NCBI GenBank assembly: GCA_951406725.2
Contig: OX597825.1
Coordinates: 5,704,001-5,768,000 of the forward strand
Direction: 5' to 3'
Length of the DNA: 64,000 bases
Source: Octopus vulgaris
Taxonomy: Eukaryota
Shown: positions 13,161 to 28,115 of the stretch, piece by piece
Layout: each line of letters opens with the position of its first letter
How positions within the stretch are numbered: the first letter of the stretch is position 1
Program-made: the position numbers and the translations under genes
Notes under the pieces: model-generated
The model's database searches: none
What the model was told of the DNA's origin: nothing
Seen by the model: the letters and a program-made list of their open reading frames with translations, nothing else

Positions 13161-15350
13161 GAGTATCTATCTCAATAGGTTTGAGCGTGTGTCAGTAGCG
13201 TTAAGTATGTGTCAGTGGGTCTGACTGCATCAGTTGGTTTGTGTATCTCTCTCAATAGGTTTGAGTGTGTGTCAGTAGCGTTAAGTATGTGTCAGTGGGT
13301 CTCACTGCATCAGTTGGTTTGTGTATCTCTCTCAATAGGTTTGAGTGTGTGTCAGTAGCGTTAAGTATGTGTCAGTGGGTCTGACTGCATCAGTAGCTTT
13401 GTGTCTCTCTCTCAATAGGTTTGAGTGTGTGTCAGTAGCGTTAAGTATGTGTCAGTGGGTCTGACTGCATCAGTAGGTTTGTGTATCTCTCTCAATAGGT
13501 TTGAGTGTGTGTCAGTAGCGTTAAGTATGTGTCAGTGGGTCTGACTGCATCAGTAGCTTTGTGTATCTCTCTCAATAGGTTTGAGTGTGTGTCAGTAGCG
13601 TTAAGTATGTGTCAGTGGGTCTGACTGCATCAGTAGCTTTGTGTATCTCTCTCAATAGGTTTGAGCGTGTGTCAGTAGCGTTAAGTATGTGTCAGTGGGT
13701 CTGACTGCATCAGTAGGTTTGTGTCTCTCTCTCAATAGGTTTGAGTGTGTCAGTAGCGTTAAGTATGTGTCAGTGGGTCTGACTGCATCAGTAGGTTTGT
13801 GTATCTCTCTCAATAGGTTTGAGTGTGTGTGTCAGTAGCGTTAAGTATGTGTCAGTGGGTCTGACTGCATCAGTAGGTTTGTGTATCTCTCTCAATAGGT
13901 TTGAGTGTGTGTCAGTAGCCTTAAATATGTGTCAGTGGGTCTGACTGCATCAGTAGGTTTGTGTATCTATCTCAATAGGTTTGAGTGTGTGTCAGTAGCG
14001 TTAAGTATGTGTCAGTGGGTCTGACTGCATCAGTAGCTTTGTGTATCTCTCTCAATAGGTTTGAGTGTGTGTCAGTAGCGTTAAGTATGTGTCAGTGGGT
14101 CTGACTGCATCAGTAGGTTTGTGTATCTCTCTCAATAGGTTTGAGTGTGTCAGTAGCGTTAAGTATGTGTCAGTGGGTCTGACTGCATCAGTAGGTTTGT
14201 GTATCTCTCTCAATAGGTTTGAGTGTGTGTGTCAGTAGCGTTAAGTATGTGTCAGTGGGTCTGACTGCATCAGTAGGTTTGTGTATCTCTCTCAATAGGT
14301 TTGAGTGTGTGTCAGTAGCGTTAAGTATGTGTCAGTGGGTCTGACTGCATCAGTAGGTTTGTGTATCTCTCTCAATAGGTTTGAGTGTGTGTCAGTAGCG
14401 TTAAGTATGTGTCAGTGGGTCTGACTGCATCAGTAGGTTTGTGTATCTCTCTCAATAGGTTTGAGTGTGTGTCAGTAGCGTTAAGTATGTGTCAGTGGGT
14501 CTGACTGCATCAGTAGGTTTGTGTCTCTCTCTCAATAGGTTTGAGTGTGTGTCAGTAGCGTTAAGTATGTGTCAGTGGGTCTGACTGCATCAGTAGGTTT
14601 GTGTATCTCTCTCAATAGGTTTGAGTGTGTCAGTAGCGTTAAGTATGTGTCAGTGGGTCTGACTGCATGTAGGTTTGTGTCTCTCTCTCAATAGGTTTGA
14701 GTGTGTCAGTAGTAGCGTTAAGTATGTGTCAGTGGGTCTGACTGCATCAGTAGGTTTGTGTATCTCTCTCAATAGGTTTGAGCGTGTGTCAGTAGCGTTA
14801 AGTATGTCTCAGTGGGTCTGACTGGACTGCATCAGTAGGTCTGAGTATCTATCTCAATAGGTTTGAGCGTGTGTCAGTAGCGTTAAGTATGTGTCAGTGG
14901 GTCTGACTGCATCAGTTGGTTTGTGTATCTCTCTCAATAGGTTTGAGTGTGTGTCAGTAGCGTTAAGTATGTGTCAGTGGGTCTGACTGCATCAGTAGGT
15001 TTGTGTCTCTCTCTCAATAGGTTTGAGTGTGTGTGTCAGTAGCGTTAAGTATGTGTCAGTGGGTCTGACTGCATCAGTAGGTTTGTGTATCTCTCAATAG
15101 GTTTGAGTGTGTCAGTAGCGTTAAGTATGTGTCAGTGGGTCTGACTGCATCAGTAGGTTTGTGTATCTCTCTCAATAGGTTTGAGTGTGTGTCAGTAGCG
15201 TTAAGTATGTGTCAGTGGGTCTGACTGCATCAGTAGGTTTGTGTCTCTCTCTCTCAATAGGTTTGAGTGTGTGTGTCAGTAGCGTTAAGTATGTGTCAGT
15301 GGGTTTGACTGCATCAGTAGGTTTGTGTATCTATCTCAATAGGTTTGACT
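13161..15350. repeat. Tandem array, 80-bp unit, about 27 copies
   Basis: Unit GTGTATCTCTCTCAATAGGTTTGAGTGTGTGTCAGTAGCGTTAAGTATGTGTCAGTGGGTCTGACTGCATCAGTAGGTTT, built from four related ~20-bp subunits. Confidence 0.95.
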
Positions 15351-16096
15351 GTGTGTGACAAAATGTTCTAATGTTTCTGTAGGTTTGAGCGTGTGTATGT
15401 TTGTTTTTAGGTTCGATTGTGAGCCAGTAGTATTGTGTATGTATGTGAAGGTCGTGGAGTGAAGCTGTCTGTAGGTTTGTGCGTCTTGGTAGGTTTGAGT
15501 GTGGGTCTGTATGCATGCGTAGATGAAGGTCAGTAGGTTTGTTGGTAAATCTCAAAGTTAAATGAATTATTTCGTAGACACACGTAAGAGGTCATTCACT
15601 TCAGACAAACTATAACGAATTATGTATTACTTTTTTGGGGGGTGAGAAAGCTATTCACCAAAATATGTCTGTCTGGTTTCCCCACCCACCCGCTCTCTTT
15701 TTCGTTCACATACACACACACACACACTCCACTCACACATACATATATGTGCGTATCTGTATATATGTATATATACACACATATGTATACATTTATAGAT
15801 ACATGCAATTGGATACATATTCACACGGATAGTCGCTTTCGCAGGCATACATACATACACAAACGCATGCACACACACAAACGCATGCACACACACACAC
15901 ATTCACATGTACATACACCAGATACGAGGCATACTAATTATGCGAGAAACTGATACCATATTCTCCGACCAATACCGATCTCAAAATGCATATGCATGTG
16001 TGTATATATGAACACTTACACACACATATATATACACACATATATATATACACACACATATATGTATACACTCATATATATACATACATCTATAAA

Positions 16097-16145
<49 letters not shown>

Positions 16146-17049
16146 GTGCATATATATTTACATATAGTATGGTTATGTATATTTATTTATATATATTATA
16201 TTTATATATACTTGTGCGAGTGCGTATGTGTATGTGTGTCTGTGAGTGTGTGTGCTTACCGAAACATATATTTGGTAAATTCCCGTTGAAGGGGTTATCA
16301 AGCTTATGACGTCAGTGATGTGGTTACGCCAAGATAACAGAACAATTTCTCCTGCCTGGAATCTCTATTTTCTCAGACTTGCAGCAATAGAAAGATTCCG
16401 CTAACAGTTAGACAGTTTACGTAAGACGTTTTAGGAAATGTTCTTCGCTATTTCGCATTCCTGTGTTCGAAAGACACAGAATAAAATTTTGAACATTCTT
16501 TTGCAATTTAAAAAAAAAAATGTATTTACGGAGATGTACTTGCATAGCAAGTGACCTGATCTGAGATAGTGTTCTAGAACGAAAACAATTGCAGCGTGGA
16601 AGGTTTTTATAACCCATTTAAGAAACACATAAAATCCGTTAGATTCACTTCAACATTTAAATTTATTTTGTCAAAATATGTATTTACTTAAATCATAAGA
16701 TGAGGGTTTGAGCCAAAAACGTTTGCATGCTTTCTCAGGATTGTGAAGTTGAGGAACCTGTTGTTCATTGTAAGCCCTTCTCAGAATGGTAAGGTCTCTA
16801 TGATTGCCTCGCAGACTAAGTTACAACCATCTTTACCATTTTTCTTGTACAAACTTGTGCGGAATTTTATGTTATAAACTGCTTGTAGAGTCGCGGAAAC
16901 GGCAACAAGCTGTATACCGTAGCGTATCGGTTATAGTCTTTCGATCATTACTTACGGCAAATTTACATTCTGCGTTCAAATCACACTGAGACCGCTTTTG
17001 CTTTCTTCTTTCTTGAAGGTTGCAAGATTCTACAATCATTTGCAAACCG

Positions 17050-17885
17050 TACAAAATGCTTGGCGGCATTTCGCCCGCGTTTACGTTCTGAGTTCAAATG
17101 CCGCCGAGATTGATTTTGCCTTTCGATCATTCAGGGTCGATAAAAGAAGTACCAGCTGAATACTGGGGCTGTTGTAACCGATTTACTCTCCTCTCAAAAA
17201 ATTTCAAGCCTTGCACCAATTGTTGAAAGCATTATTTTTTCAAAGTCGATAATAAAATTAAGCTTATATTTAGGACAAAGTTTTGATTAAAGTGACTCTT
17301 TTCAACGAATGCTATAGTAAGGCAAGTGCGATGAATAGGCATTACTGTTAGAGCGTCGAACAAAATGCTTAGCGACGTTTACTTATGGCTTTTTAGAATC
17401 TGAGTTCAAATTTTACCGAAGTCAGCTTAACCTTCCACCCATCCGGGGTTGATAAAGTACTGGGTTAAATTCTGGAGTCGATTTAATTGACCAAGCCCTA
17501 ACTCCAAATTTCTGGAGTTTTACCAATATCAGAAACAACTATTAATGACACTGGATCGGCACGATTGCTAGCGCCTCGGATAAAATGCCTTGCCGTATTT
17601 AAGTACGACTCTTTACTTTCTGAGTTCAAATTCTGCCTTCCCTTTTTGTTTTCTTTTTTTTTCTGTGATCGATAAAATAAGTCAAGTTAAATTCTAGAAT
17701 TGATTTGATCGATTATCTCCAAAATCAAGTTTCTTGTTTTGTCTCAGTATTTCATCAGTCTTTACGTTCTGAGATCAAATTCTGCCGAGGTCGACTTTGT
17801 CTTTGGTCCTTTCGGGATTGATAAAATAAGTACCAGTTGATCACTGAGATCGACGTGGTCGACTTAGTCCCTCCCCCGAATTTGA
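17050..17885 (+). mobile_element. Cluster of four degenerate SINE family A copies
   Basis: Repeated TCTGAGTTCAAAT..GATAAA..AGT cores near 17090, 17400, 17620 and 17770. Confidence 0.75.
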
Positions 17886-18021
17886 AAAATTTGAAATCAC
17901 TTTGATATTTTGTTTCATTGAAAATCTGGAATAAGTATATAAATAAAATGTTTAAGTAAAACAATTCCTCCGCCTTCGTCCCCCCTCTCTGACTTTCACT
18001 TTCTCTCTCTCTCTCTCACTT

Positions 18022-18074
<53 letters not shown>

Positions 18075-18554
18075 GCATTTTCCTGCTCCGTTCCCACACA
18101 CCGTCAACGCCCTTCAAATATTTAGCCCACCATCGAGGAATGTTTTGACCTTTCTAACCTTTAACCATTTACCAAAACGGCCTCAGCTTCTTTGAACTTA
18201 CGAATCTCATCAGGAACCAAATACCATCACCACCACCACAACAATCACCGCCACCAACACTATCACCATCAGCAGCAATTTCACCAGGGCAGCTACCATT
18301 CCTCCCCCCATCTCGACCACACATACACAGACGCACCCACACCCTTGCACTCGACACTCACACTCCCTCACCACGCAACATCAATTAATAACATTTACAC
18401 TGCTTTTTTTATTTGTTTTGCTTTTGGTTCTGTGTGTTTTGTTTTCTTTTTCACATCAGCAGTCTCCCCTCACCATTCCTCACCCTCTGTTTCGTCGTCG
18501 TTTAGACATCGCACTGCTTGTTGCCTTCCTTAGACGTCTACTATAAACTCTACA

Positions 18555-18651
<97 letters not shown>

Positions 18652-19012
18652 ACAAAATGAGAGCAGAAGAAAAATTCTAATGCCAAATATGCCGAAAAAA
18701 AGACAAAAGTTGTCAAAAACCATTATAATTTATGCGTCTCGAAACAAACCGATAGAAATTTCTAAAAAATCCGTTATTACCGTATTGGTCCCAATTTCAT
18801 AAGAATTTTCCCTTCTTCAGCGATAAATACGTGAGATATAAGTGAAATACTTACTCATACCCATGGAAAAAGCAAGTACTAAGTCCTGAGCAATAATTAG
18901 AATTTTTCTTCTGCCTTCATTTTGTAAATTATTTATAAATTTAACCTTTAAAGGTACTTTTTGATATGCTGGCCATTGCTAAAATTTTTTCCCGAAAAAA
19001 TTTTATCCTACA

Positions 19013-19108
<96 letters not shown>

Positions 19109-19861
19109 GTATATATATATAAAAATTAAATATAAAATATAAATTACAGAGTGGAACAAGAACGCAAAAACACACAAAGAGACGACACAAAAAAATAACA
19201 GACGGGTCACTCGAAGCCTCTAATCTTCAGTCGGAACCGGATCATCTTAGCAATTTCGGCCGTTTAATCTCGACATCGCTCCGAACCGGCCAGCCCCAAG
19301 GAAAAACTAAGCCACAGGCATTAGATTTCTTGGAAAGAGGATCGAATGTATACGAAACAAAGACAGGATTCCACACGAATATAAATACAAGAAATAAAAA
19401 ATAGAAATAAAAAACAAGAATGGTAAGCAGGACAAAAACAGCGGGCGTATTACGACTTTAGACAATTTTTAACTTATCTTGGCTGGCGTATTTGAAAATG
19501 CCTTTGTGGCAAAACGAAAACAAACGTTAACATAGCAGCGATCAAGCCGAAAAGACCAGTTTGAAGGCGGTCACATGAGAGCACGGAAGAAAGAGAAAGA
19601 AAAAGAAAAGCAGGGAGCAAGGAATCAAAAAGAGAGAGAAAGAAAGGGACGAAGGCACCAGGGTGGAGAGAGAGAGAAGGAAGGAATCAAAGAGGGAGAA
19701 GAAACAGGATTGGCTTAGCAATAGAAATGACGGTGCAAATAAGAATGAGGGAAGAATCAGAGGCAAGGAAAGAGAAAGACACAGACTATAGAGAGAGTGT
19801 GTGTAAAGACGTCGTACAAGGTAAAATGTGTATACATAGGAGATAGGGGTACGTTACGCCG

Positions 19862-19937
<76 letters not shown>

Positions 19938-20085
19938 TACACATATATAATTTAGGGTATCTGAGCAATACTATCATGCTAGAAATAGCAGTCAAAACTT
20001 GACACTAAAACCACATCAAATGTTCATACAGCATCAGGAGAGAAGACAAAGGGACAAAATAAACTAGCAAAAAAATTATTGGATA

Positions 20086-20143
20086 ATTCCAGATCCAGGA
20101 TTTCTGGCTTGGCATAAGAAATGGTTTGCTTCATCAGTCGAAT
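20086..20143 (-). ncRNA. Degenerate hammerhead-like motif
   Basis: Minus strand reads ATTCGA CTGATGA AGC..GCCA GAAAT CCTGG ATC TGGAAT. Stems I and III can form, stem II is poor. The element lies between two (TA)n tracts (19950-20170). Confidence 0.4.
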
Positions 20144-20165
20144 ATACACAAAATAGTACACAAAT

Positions 20166-20279
<114 letters not shown>

Positions 20280-20402
20280 CATACGTATACTTACATATAC
20301 GCACGTATGCACATATATGTATGCACACGACCAGTTTAAATTACTAGCCACTTAAGATATGATGGGCATTTTTATTAACGATCTTATCCTTATATATATA
20401 TG

Positions 20403-20493
<91 letters not shown>

Positions 20494-20637
20494 ATATGTA
20501 TATATGTATATATATATATATATGGATACATATGTATATATATGTATATATATGTATATATATGAATATATATATATGTATATATGTATATATATATATG
20601 TCTATGTATATATATGTATATATACATATATATATAC

Positions 20638-20739
<102 letters not shown>

Positions 20740-20741
20740 CA

Positions 20742-20950
20742 GGCAGCGAGCTGGCAGAAACGTTAGCAGGCTGGGCGAAATGCTTAGCGTTATTTCATGT
20801 CTTTACGTTCTGGGTTAAAATTCCGCTGAGGTCGATTTTGCCTTTCATCCTTTCGGGGTCGATAAATTAAGTACCGGTTGTGTACTGAGGTCGATCTAAT
20901 CGACTGGCCCCTCCCAAAAAATTTCGGGTCTTGTGTCTAGAGTAGAAAAG
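20742..20950 (+). mobile_element. SINE family A
   Basis: Full head, core and tail 2 (CCCTCCCAAAAATTTCGGGTCTTGTGTCTAGAGTAGAAAAG). Confidence 0.85.
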
Positions 20951-21625
20951 TGCCTCTATATATATGGAGAGAGAGAGAGAGATAGACGGGGGGAAGAAGA
21001 AGTAGAAGAAGAGTCTAGTAATAGTTGTAGAGGCAGTCGCCAGCTATTTATGAAAACTGCCCATTAAAATATGGCGTGTTTTGCTCTCATTTACATACCA
21101 GAATATTCGTTGGCGACTGGTTTTAAGTAAATGTACGCCTGTCGCATTATTTACCATTTATCCCCTGAAATGCATCCCCTACATTTCAAGAGGAAATAAA
21201 CAGGATTTACATGATTAGTATGCAAAAATACAACAGTACAACATTTATAAAAATTTTGATAGTAAGAAGAAATTCCCCCACGCCACCCATGCCCTCTACA
21301 CTTTGCCAACAAATCTACTGATAGAAATGCAAAATATCCAGGTTATGCAACAGCTACAGATGTTGACACTTCCTGCTTTGTCTTTCCGGTAAATTTGCGA
21401 TGATCAGCTTATGTATGAAGGAAAGATTTCTTATAATTTCGCAACAAAAGAAACTGGCTGAGGAAAGAATATCGTCAATTGAAATTACATAAGTGGTCTG
21501 TAACTGGATCAGAAATACGTTACTGGTCCATAAATTTATTCATTTCTCCTTTCTTTTTTCTTTTTTTTTAGATTCTGAAGGAAACTCAAAATGCAGAGGA
21601 GTGAAACCGAATATATATATATATA

Positions 21626-22009
21626 CAGGGGTGAACAAAATAAAAGAAACACCTTAAAATTCCAAACAAATTTATTTTAATATGGAGTAGAACCGCCTTT
21701 GGCAGAAATTACAGCTTGAATTCTAAGAGGTATGGACTCGTACAAAGTTTGAATTGCTTCCAAAAGAATTTTTGTCCATTCTTCAACTAAAACAGTCTCC
21801 AGTTCTTGTAGTGATGATGGTGGAAGATATCGACTCCTTACTTGTTTTTCTAAAGTGCACCATAAATGTTCAATAATATTGAGATCTGGGGACTGTGGTA
21901 ACCAGATAAGTTGTTTAACTTCACTAGAATGTTCCTCGTGCCATTCAGTAACAACCTTAGCTGTGTAAATTGGTGCATTATCATCCTTAAAAATTGCGTT
22001 TCCCTCCAT
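21626..22009 (-). mobile_element. Tc1/mariner transposon fragment: transposase C-terminus and one TIR
   Basis: Translation FKDDNAPIYT..WLPQSPDLNIIEHLW..AVISAKGGSTPY is the canonical Tc1 C-terminus. Terminal TA|CAGGGGTGAACAAAATAA..GAAACACC at 21626. Catalytic D-to-E spacing is 36 residues. Confidence 0.9.
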
Positions 22010-22539
22010 ATGTTTATATCTTATATATGTATGTATGCATGTATAATGGTTGATTTACGTCCCCATAACTTATCGGATCACCAAAAGACACCGGCAGACT
22101 AAAAGCATTAGTATGGAAGTCTTTTTGTTTGAATAAATACCTTTAAGGTGGTGCCCCAACTTGACCACTATACAATGACAGAAACAAACGATATATTACT
22201 GAGAAAAACACAAAAACGAATACACACACATACATATACACGCACACGTATTTATATATGTGTATACATACACACCTCACACAGACACACACATATATAT
22301 ATATGTATGTATATATACATATGCATATATATTTATACACATATACATACACACACAAATATATTTATATATACTCACTCATCATACATTAACATATAAA
22401 CAAAAATGATAGAATAAAGGTTAATAATTCAACCCAGACGTCTTTAGTAATGAGAATCGCAACCAGAACGGAAAATTTGTCGCGCACCGAGCACATCCAT
22501 TTTCCATTTCCTCTTCTGCCTATATATATACACACACAC

Positions 22540-22595
<56 letters not shown>

Positions 22596-22625
22596 ATATG
22601 TGTTTATATATATGTATACATATAT

Positions 22626-22683
<58 letters not shown>

Positions 22684-22716
22684 ATATGTGTTTATATATA
22701 TGTATACATATATGTT

Positions 22717-22863
<147 letters not shown>

Positions 22864-23518
22864 CTTAAATACATACAATTACACACATATATATAAATAT
22901 ATATGTTTATATATAAATATATATGTATGTATGTATGTATTTATATGTATATATATGAATTTATGTGTTCATGAATTCGACAGTCACGTGATGAAGAAAA
23001 CAAATATGCCGGTGACAAGATATTTTCGAGCCTATATGTATATATTATTCAGGATTTTTCAGGAAGAATAATGACAGCTAGGACGGAACACACTACGTTA
23101 TGCCAGACGTCATCTTTGGTTACGAAAATAAACATAGCTGAACAAAGTGTGCAATGGTAGGAGGATAAATTTAGCAGCCAATATTCGTGTTTGTTTCCCA
23201 TGATTGTAAATTAAGAAACAAGCAAACGAAGCCAGAAGTCATTTGTGAGTTGATGGGAATTTATTATAGCGAAATATGGAGAAGAACTGAAAGACGAGGG
23301 AAAAGGCGAATATAAAGTATCGGAGGGGGATATGGAAACAAAAGCACAAAAAAAAAGACAAGTGTAATAATGAATGTGTGATATGAAGTTTGTTTCCTAA
23401 CCACGTGGTTCCAGGTTCAATCCCAACTGTGTGGCATCTTGTGCTTGTGTCTTCTACTGTAGCCTCGGGCCGACCAAATCCTTGGCAGTGATTTCGGTAG
23501 ACAGAAACTGAAAAGAAA

Positions 23519-23750
23519 GGCAGTAAGCTGGTAGAAATGTTAGCACGCCGGGCGAAATACTTAACGGTATTTCAGCTGTCTTCATGTTCTGAGTTCAAAT
23601 TCCGACGAGGTCGACTTTGCCTTTCATCCTTTCGGGGTCGATGAATTAAGTACCAGTTGCATACTGGGGTCGATGTAATCGACTTTATCCCTTTGTCTGT
23701 CCTTGTTTGTCCTCTCTGTGTTTAGCCCCTGGTGGGCAGTAAAGAAATAA
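23519..23750 (+). mobile_element. SINE family A nested in a family B SINE
   Basis: TSD AGAAACTGAAAAGA (23503-23516) and AGAAGCTGAAAAGA (23750-23763). The host family B 5' part spans 23375-23770. Another family A copy lies at 24022-24210. Confidence 0.85.
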
Positions 23751-23789
23751 GAAGCTGAAAAGACCGTCGTATGTTTATGTATACATACA

Positions 23790-23879
<90 letters not shown>

Positions 23880-24359
23880 TATATATATTAAGAGAGAGAC
23901 AAAGAAGCAGATAGATAGAGAGGGAGAGAGAGATGTCTAAAACAAGTAAATGATAAAAGATAACACATTATAGAAAATCTGAATATGAAGAGGATAGAAA
24001 GTGAAAGCGTTCTGCCAATTGAGGTGGCGAAATGGCAGAGTCGTTAGCACGCCGGGCAAAATCTTTAGGGCTATTTCTTCCGTCTTTACATTCTGAGTTC
24101 AAATTCCACCGAAGTCGACTTAATCATTTATCCTTTTGGGGTCGATAAAATAAGTACCATTCGAGCCCTAGGGTCAATTTGATCGACTCACTCACTCCTT
24201 CGAACTTGCAGGCTCGGACAGAAGACTCTTGCCAAAGGTGCTGCATAGAGGGACTGAGTCCCAAACCAATTGGTTTCGAAATGAACTTCTTAATCACATG
24301 ACCATGAAATATATTTGGGGAACATTTATACAATATGTGTGTGTGTGTAAACTTTTATA

Positions 24360-24620
24360 TGGAGGCGTGTGGCTTAGTTGTTAGGGTGTCAGCATCATGA
24401 TCGTAATATTGTAGTTTCGATTCCTGGACCGGACGATGCGTTGTGTTCTTGAGCAAAACACTTCATTTCACGTTGCTCCAGTCCACTCAGCTGGCAAAAA
24501 TGAGTAACGCTGCGATGGACTGGCGTTCCGTCCAGCTGGGGAACACATACGCCATAGAAACCGGGAAACCGGGCCCATGAGCCTGGCTAGGCTTTAAAAA
24601 GGGCGCATTTATTTTATTTT
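24360..24620 (+). mobile_element. tRNA-derived CORE-type SINE (family C); second copy at 38595-38840
   Basis: A box TGGCTTAGTTG, B box GTTTCGATTCC, CORE-like GTGTTCTTGAGCAAAACACTTCATTTCAC, and tail GCGATGGACTGGCGT..GAAACCGGGAAACCGGGCCC. Confidence 0.8.
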
Positions 24621-24936
24621 ATACATTTTATACTTTCAAACACGGATAGAAGGTTTGAATTATAAATTTACAGTGTTAACCCACACAACACCAGACAGAA
24701 CTAGTTAGAAAAGCATTACTAGACAACACATCCACACTCTTTAAATTTTCCCATAAAAATTGATGATTAATGGTGAATATACATAATGCAATAATTAGTC
24801 ACAAAAAATATATGTAAATTCTCAGGTGACTGATAACTCATAAATCTAAAGGTAACAATTCAAATTCGAGCGGTAACGTCTACAACAATCACACGAACGC
24901 ATACAGGCACACATCCACATAGAGACACATACATGC

Positions 24937-25076
<140 letters not shown>

Positions 25077-25578
25077 GTGGAGGCACATGGCCTAGTGGCA
25101 AGAGCAGAGGACTCGCGGTCGAGGGATCGCGGGTTCGAATCTCAGACCGGCCGATGTGTGTGTTTATGAGTGAAACACCTAAGCCCCACGCGGTACCGGC
25201 AGAAATTTAATGGCGAACTTCTGCTGACTCATTCGACACAACTTTCTCTCACACTTTCCTCCTGCATCTTGCAGCTCACCTGCGACGGACTGGTGTCCCG
25301 TCCAGGTGCGGAACCTGTACGACAAGGAGACCGGGAAACCGGCCCTTATGAGCCAGGCATGGCTTGAGAAGGAACAAACAAAAAAATAGATAGATAGATA
25401 GACAGACAGATAGATACATACATACATACACATATATATATATACATATATATACTTACACATATATATACATATATACATACATATATATACATATATA
25501 TATATATAGATACATACATACATACACATATATATATACATATATATACTTAAATATATATATACATATATACATACA

Positions 25579-25644
<66 letters not shown>

Positions 25645-26599
25645 TGTTAGTTTAGCATCTTAATTAGGCCATTATCAAAATAAAAGACTCGACGACTAGT
25701 GCTTAGTTAAAATATCATACACACACATGCACACACAAACGCACTCACGCACACCCACGCGCACACCCACGCGCACACCCACGCACACTCTCACTCGCTC
25801 ACATATACATACATACATACATACATACATATAAACACATATTTTTACACACATATACACGCACGCAGACATACATAAACATATCTAAACACCCACGTAC
25901 TACATACCCACACACTCACACACATGAAAACACACACATACATATTATATAAATACCCAGAGACCACATGCACAGACATGCACCCTAGTACATCTAAACA
26001 CGCATACACATACTTATATAAACATCCACCTATCACCCTCACTTATACACACACAGAGAAACGAGCCATACACAGAGAAAATACATTGATTAGGCTTCTA
26101 AAAAAATCTAAAATAATACCTAATGAGAGAAAAAAAAAGGGGTCAATTGGAAGCCCTTTGTTCTGGATAAATCCTGAATAAAGCTTGAATATGAAACTGG
26201 AAATTCAACCTTTTTCATTCATGTTTTCTCAGACTCATTCATCAAATTTGTAAAATTGATCGGAAAGTGGGTTTTTCCTTTACTTTCTGTAAATGCGCTT
26301 CGGTTACCTTAAAGTCCGTGGGAAGCTGATTAGATAATTATCGTCCATATATGCAAAAGCAGACGATATTCCCCTGGCTGTCTGAGCCAGACAACAATAG
26401 ACAGTGGTGTCTAGCAACACTCATGATTGCTCATTTATGTCTAGATATGTAAATAGATGCGAGGACGTGTGGTTTATTAGTTAGGTTGTTGCTCTCAAGA
26501 TCGCGAGATAGCAAACTCGAGTTCCAGTAGCATACCGGACAAAATACGTCTACTGTATTGTCCCTATACGTCGACCCTGGCGGCCAATGAATGAAAGTG

Positions 26600-26995
26600 C
26601 TAAAGACAGACACTCCCCTCTTTGGCCAAGCCCTCATCAACTGAGGGTGGAGATGGAAGTGTTGCTTTGTAGCAAGTTTGTTGAAAAGTGGGTGAATGTT
26701 GGAAGAATGGCCAGTGTGAAAGGACCAATTCTGAGCGTGCACCTGTAAAAACAGAATCAAAGGAGAAGGGGTCTTGCCCTGTTGTTCAAGCACCTGTGGC
26801 TTTTGTGGGATTTTCCACGAGGACCTTAAAGTGCCTCCCCTATTGGGAGTTTTATTTTGTTCAATTTTATTGTTATTACGTTGTGTACACGCGCGAAAAC
26901 CCATTGTATTGTCCTGTTTTAGTCTTTTACGTTGTTCTATGTCATTTAATGTTTTTGCATGTGAGCCCCTGTGACTAATAAACGAATAAATTATT
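26600..26995 (+). mobile_element. L1/Tx1-like LINE 3' end
   Basis: Frame LRVEMEVLLCSKFVEKWVNVGRMASVKGPILSVHL* resembles Tx1-type ORF2 C-termini. The 3' UTR ends GCCCCTGTGACTAATAAACGAATAAA plus (TAT)n. Confidence 0.5.
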
Positions 26996-27857
26996 ATTAT
27001 TGTTGTTGTTGTTATCATTATTATTATTATTTAAATAGACGTTAGACGTTGTAAAGAAGAACGTATGAAGGAATAAAGAATTGAATTTGGGGGTTTAGTG
27101 TGGAGGGGAAGTGGTGTGTTTAATGGAGAGATAATACGATGTACAATAAGTAATTAATGTAGTGTAATTACTGTAGAATCTAGAGTGAGTAATTAATGTA
27201 GAGCAAAGGAAAGAAAGGAGAAAGGAGATTGAGGTTGAACGATGGCACAACAGTAACGAACTCGAAACAGACTTTTCCCTTTTAGTCACTACGCCTTGAC
27301 CTCCAGGTTTCGTATTGGATTCGTCAGACATCAGTGAACCTGGAGCTGACGTACTCAGTCTCTTTAATAAACCTTCGTTCGCAGAGCCGCGGTGTGATGA
27401 TAATAAAGGGATTTTCGTTATGCAGTGACTTTAAATGTAATCCATACATAAACATAGGTAATATTTGTGGCAAAAGCTGGGCAAAAGCAGAGATTGTGAG
27501 GCTGGTTAATGTAGTGATCAAAGAGGTTAAGCGTATATGACAGTAGAATGACGTGAGTACGTTAGATTATGAAGTGTTGCTAAAATAATGAGAGAATTAG
27601 TAGATTTTTTTTTCTAATGTTGATGGAGGCTGGTAACAACTGTAGGGAGAAGGATTATGGAAGTTGATTTTGAAAGGAGATAGCTAATATTGGGAATAGA
27701 TATGTAATTAATGGGTGAAGTAGAGGGGGTAATTAACGAACATGGTAAGGGCTTTAAATAACGTCTGTGTGAATGCGTATATAAACGTATGCATGTATGT
27801 ATGCATGTATGTATGTATGTATGTATGTATGTGTATGTATGTGTATGTATGTATATG

Positions 27858-27917
<60 letters not shown>

Positions 27918-28041
27918 CATAGGGAGTGAGGGATTAATGAGAAAGCAGTGGAAGTGAGAGGGATCTTCTTAATTTGGGGTAAGATATAATAGAAAGAGTT
28001 ATTAACCTAAATAGTTTTCTTTTTCTCATTTATTTCTTTTA

Positions 28042-28115
<74 letters not shown>

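Noticed and set aside
21034-21119. Short inverted repeat CAGTCGCCA..TGGCGACTG (possible tiny MITE)
   Set aside because: Only 9-11 bp of complementarity, no TSD and no second copy in the window.
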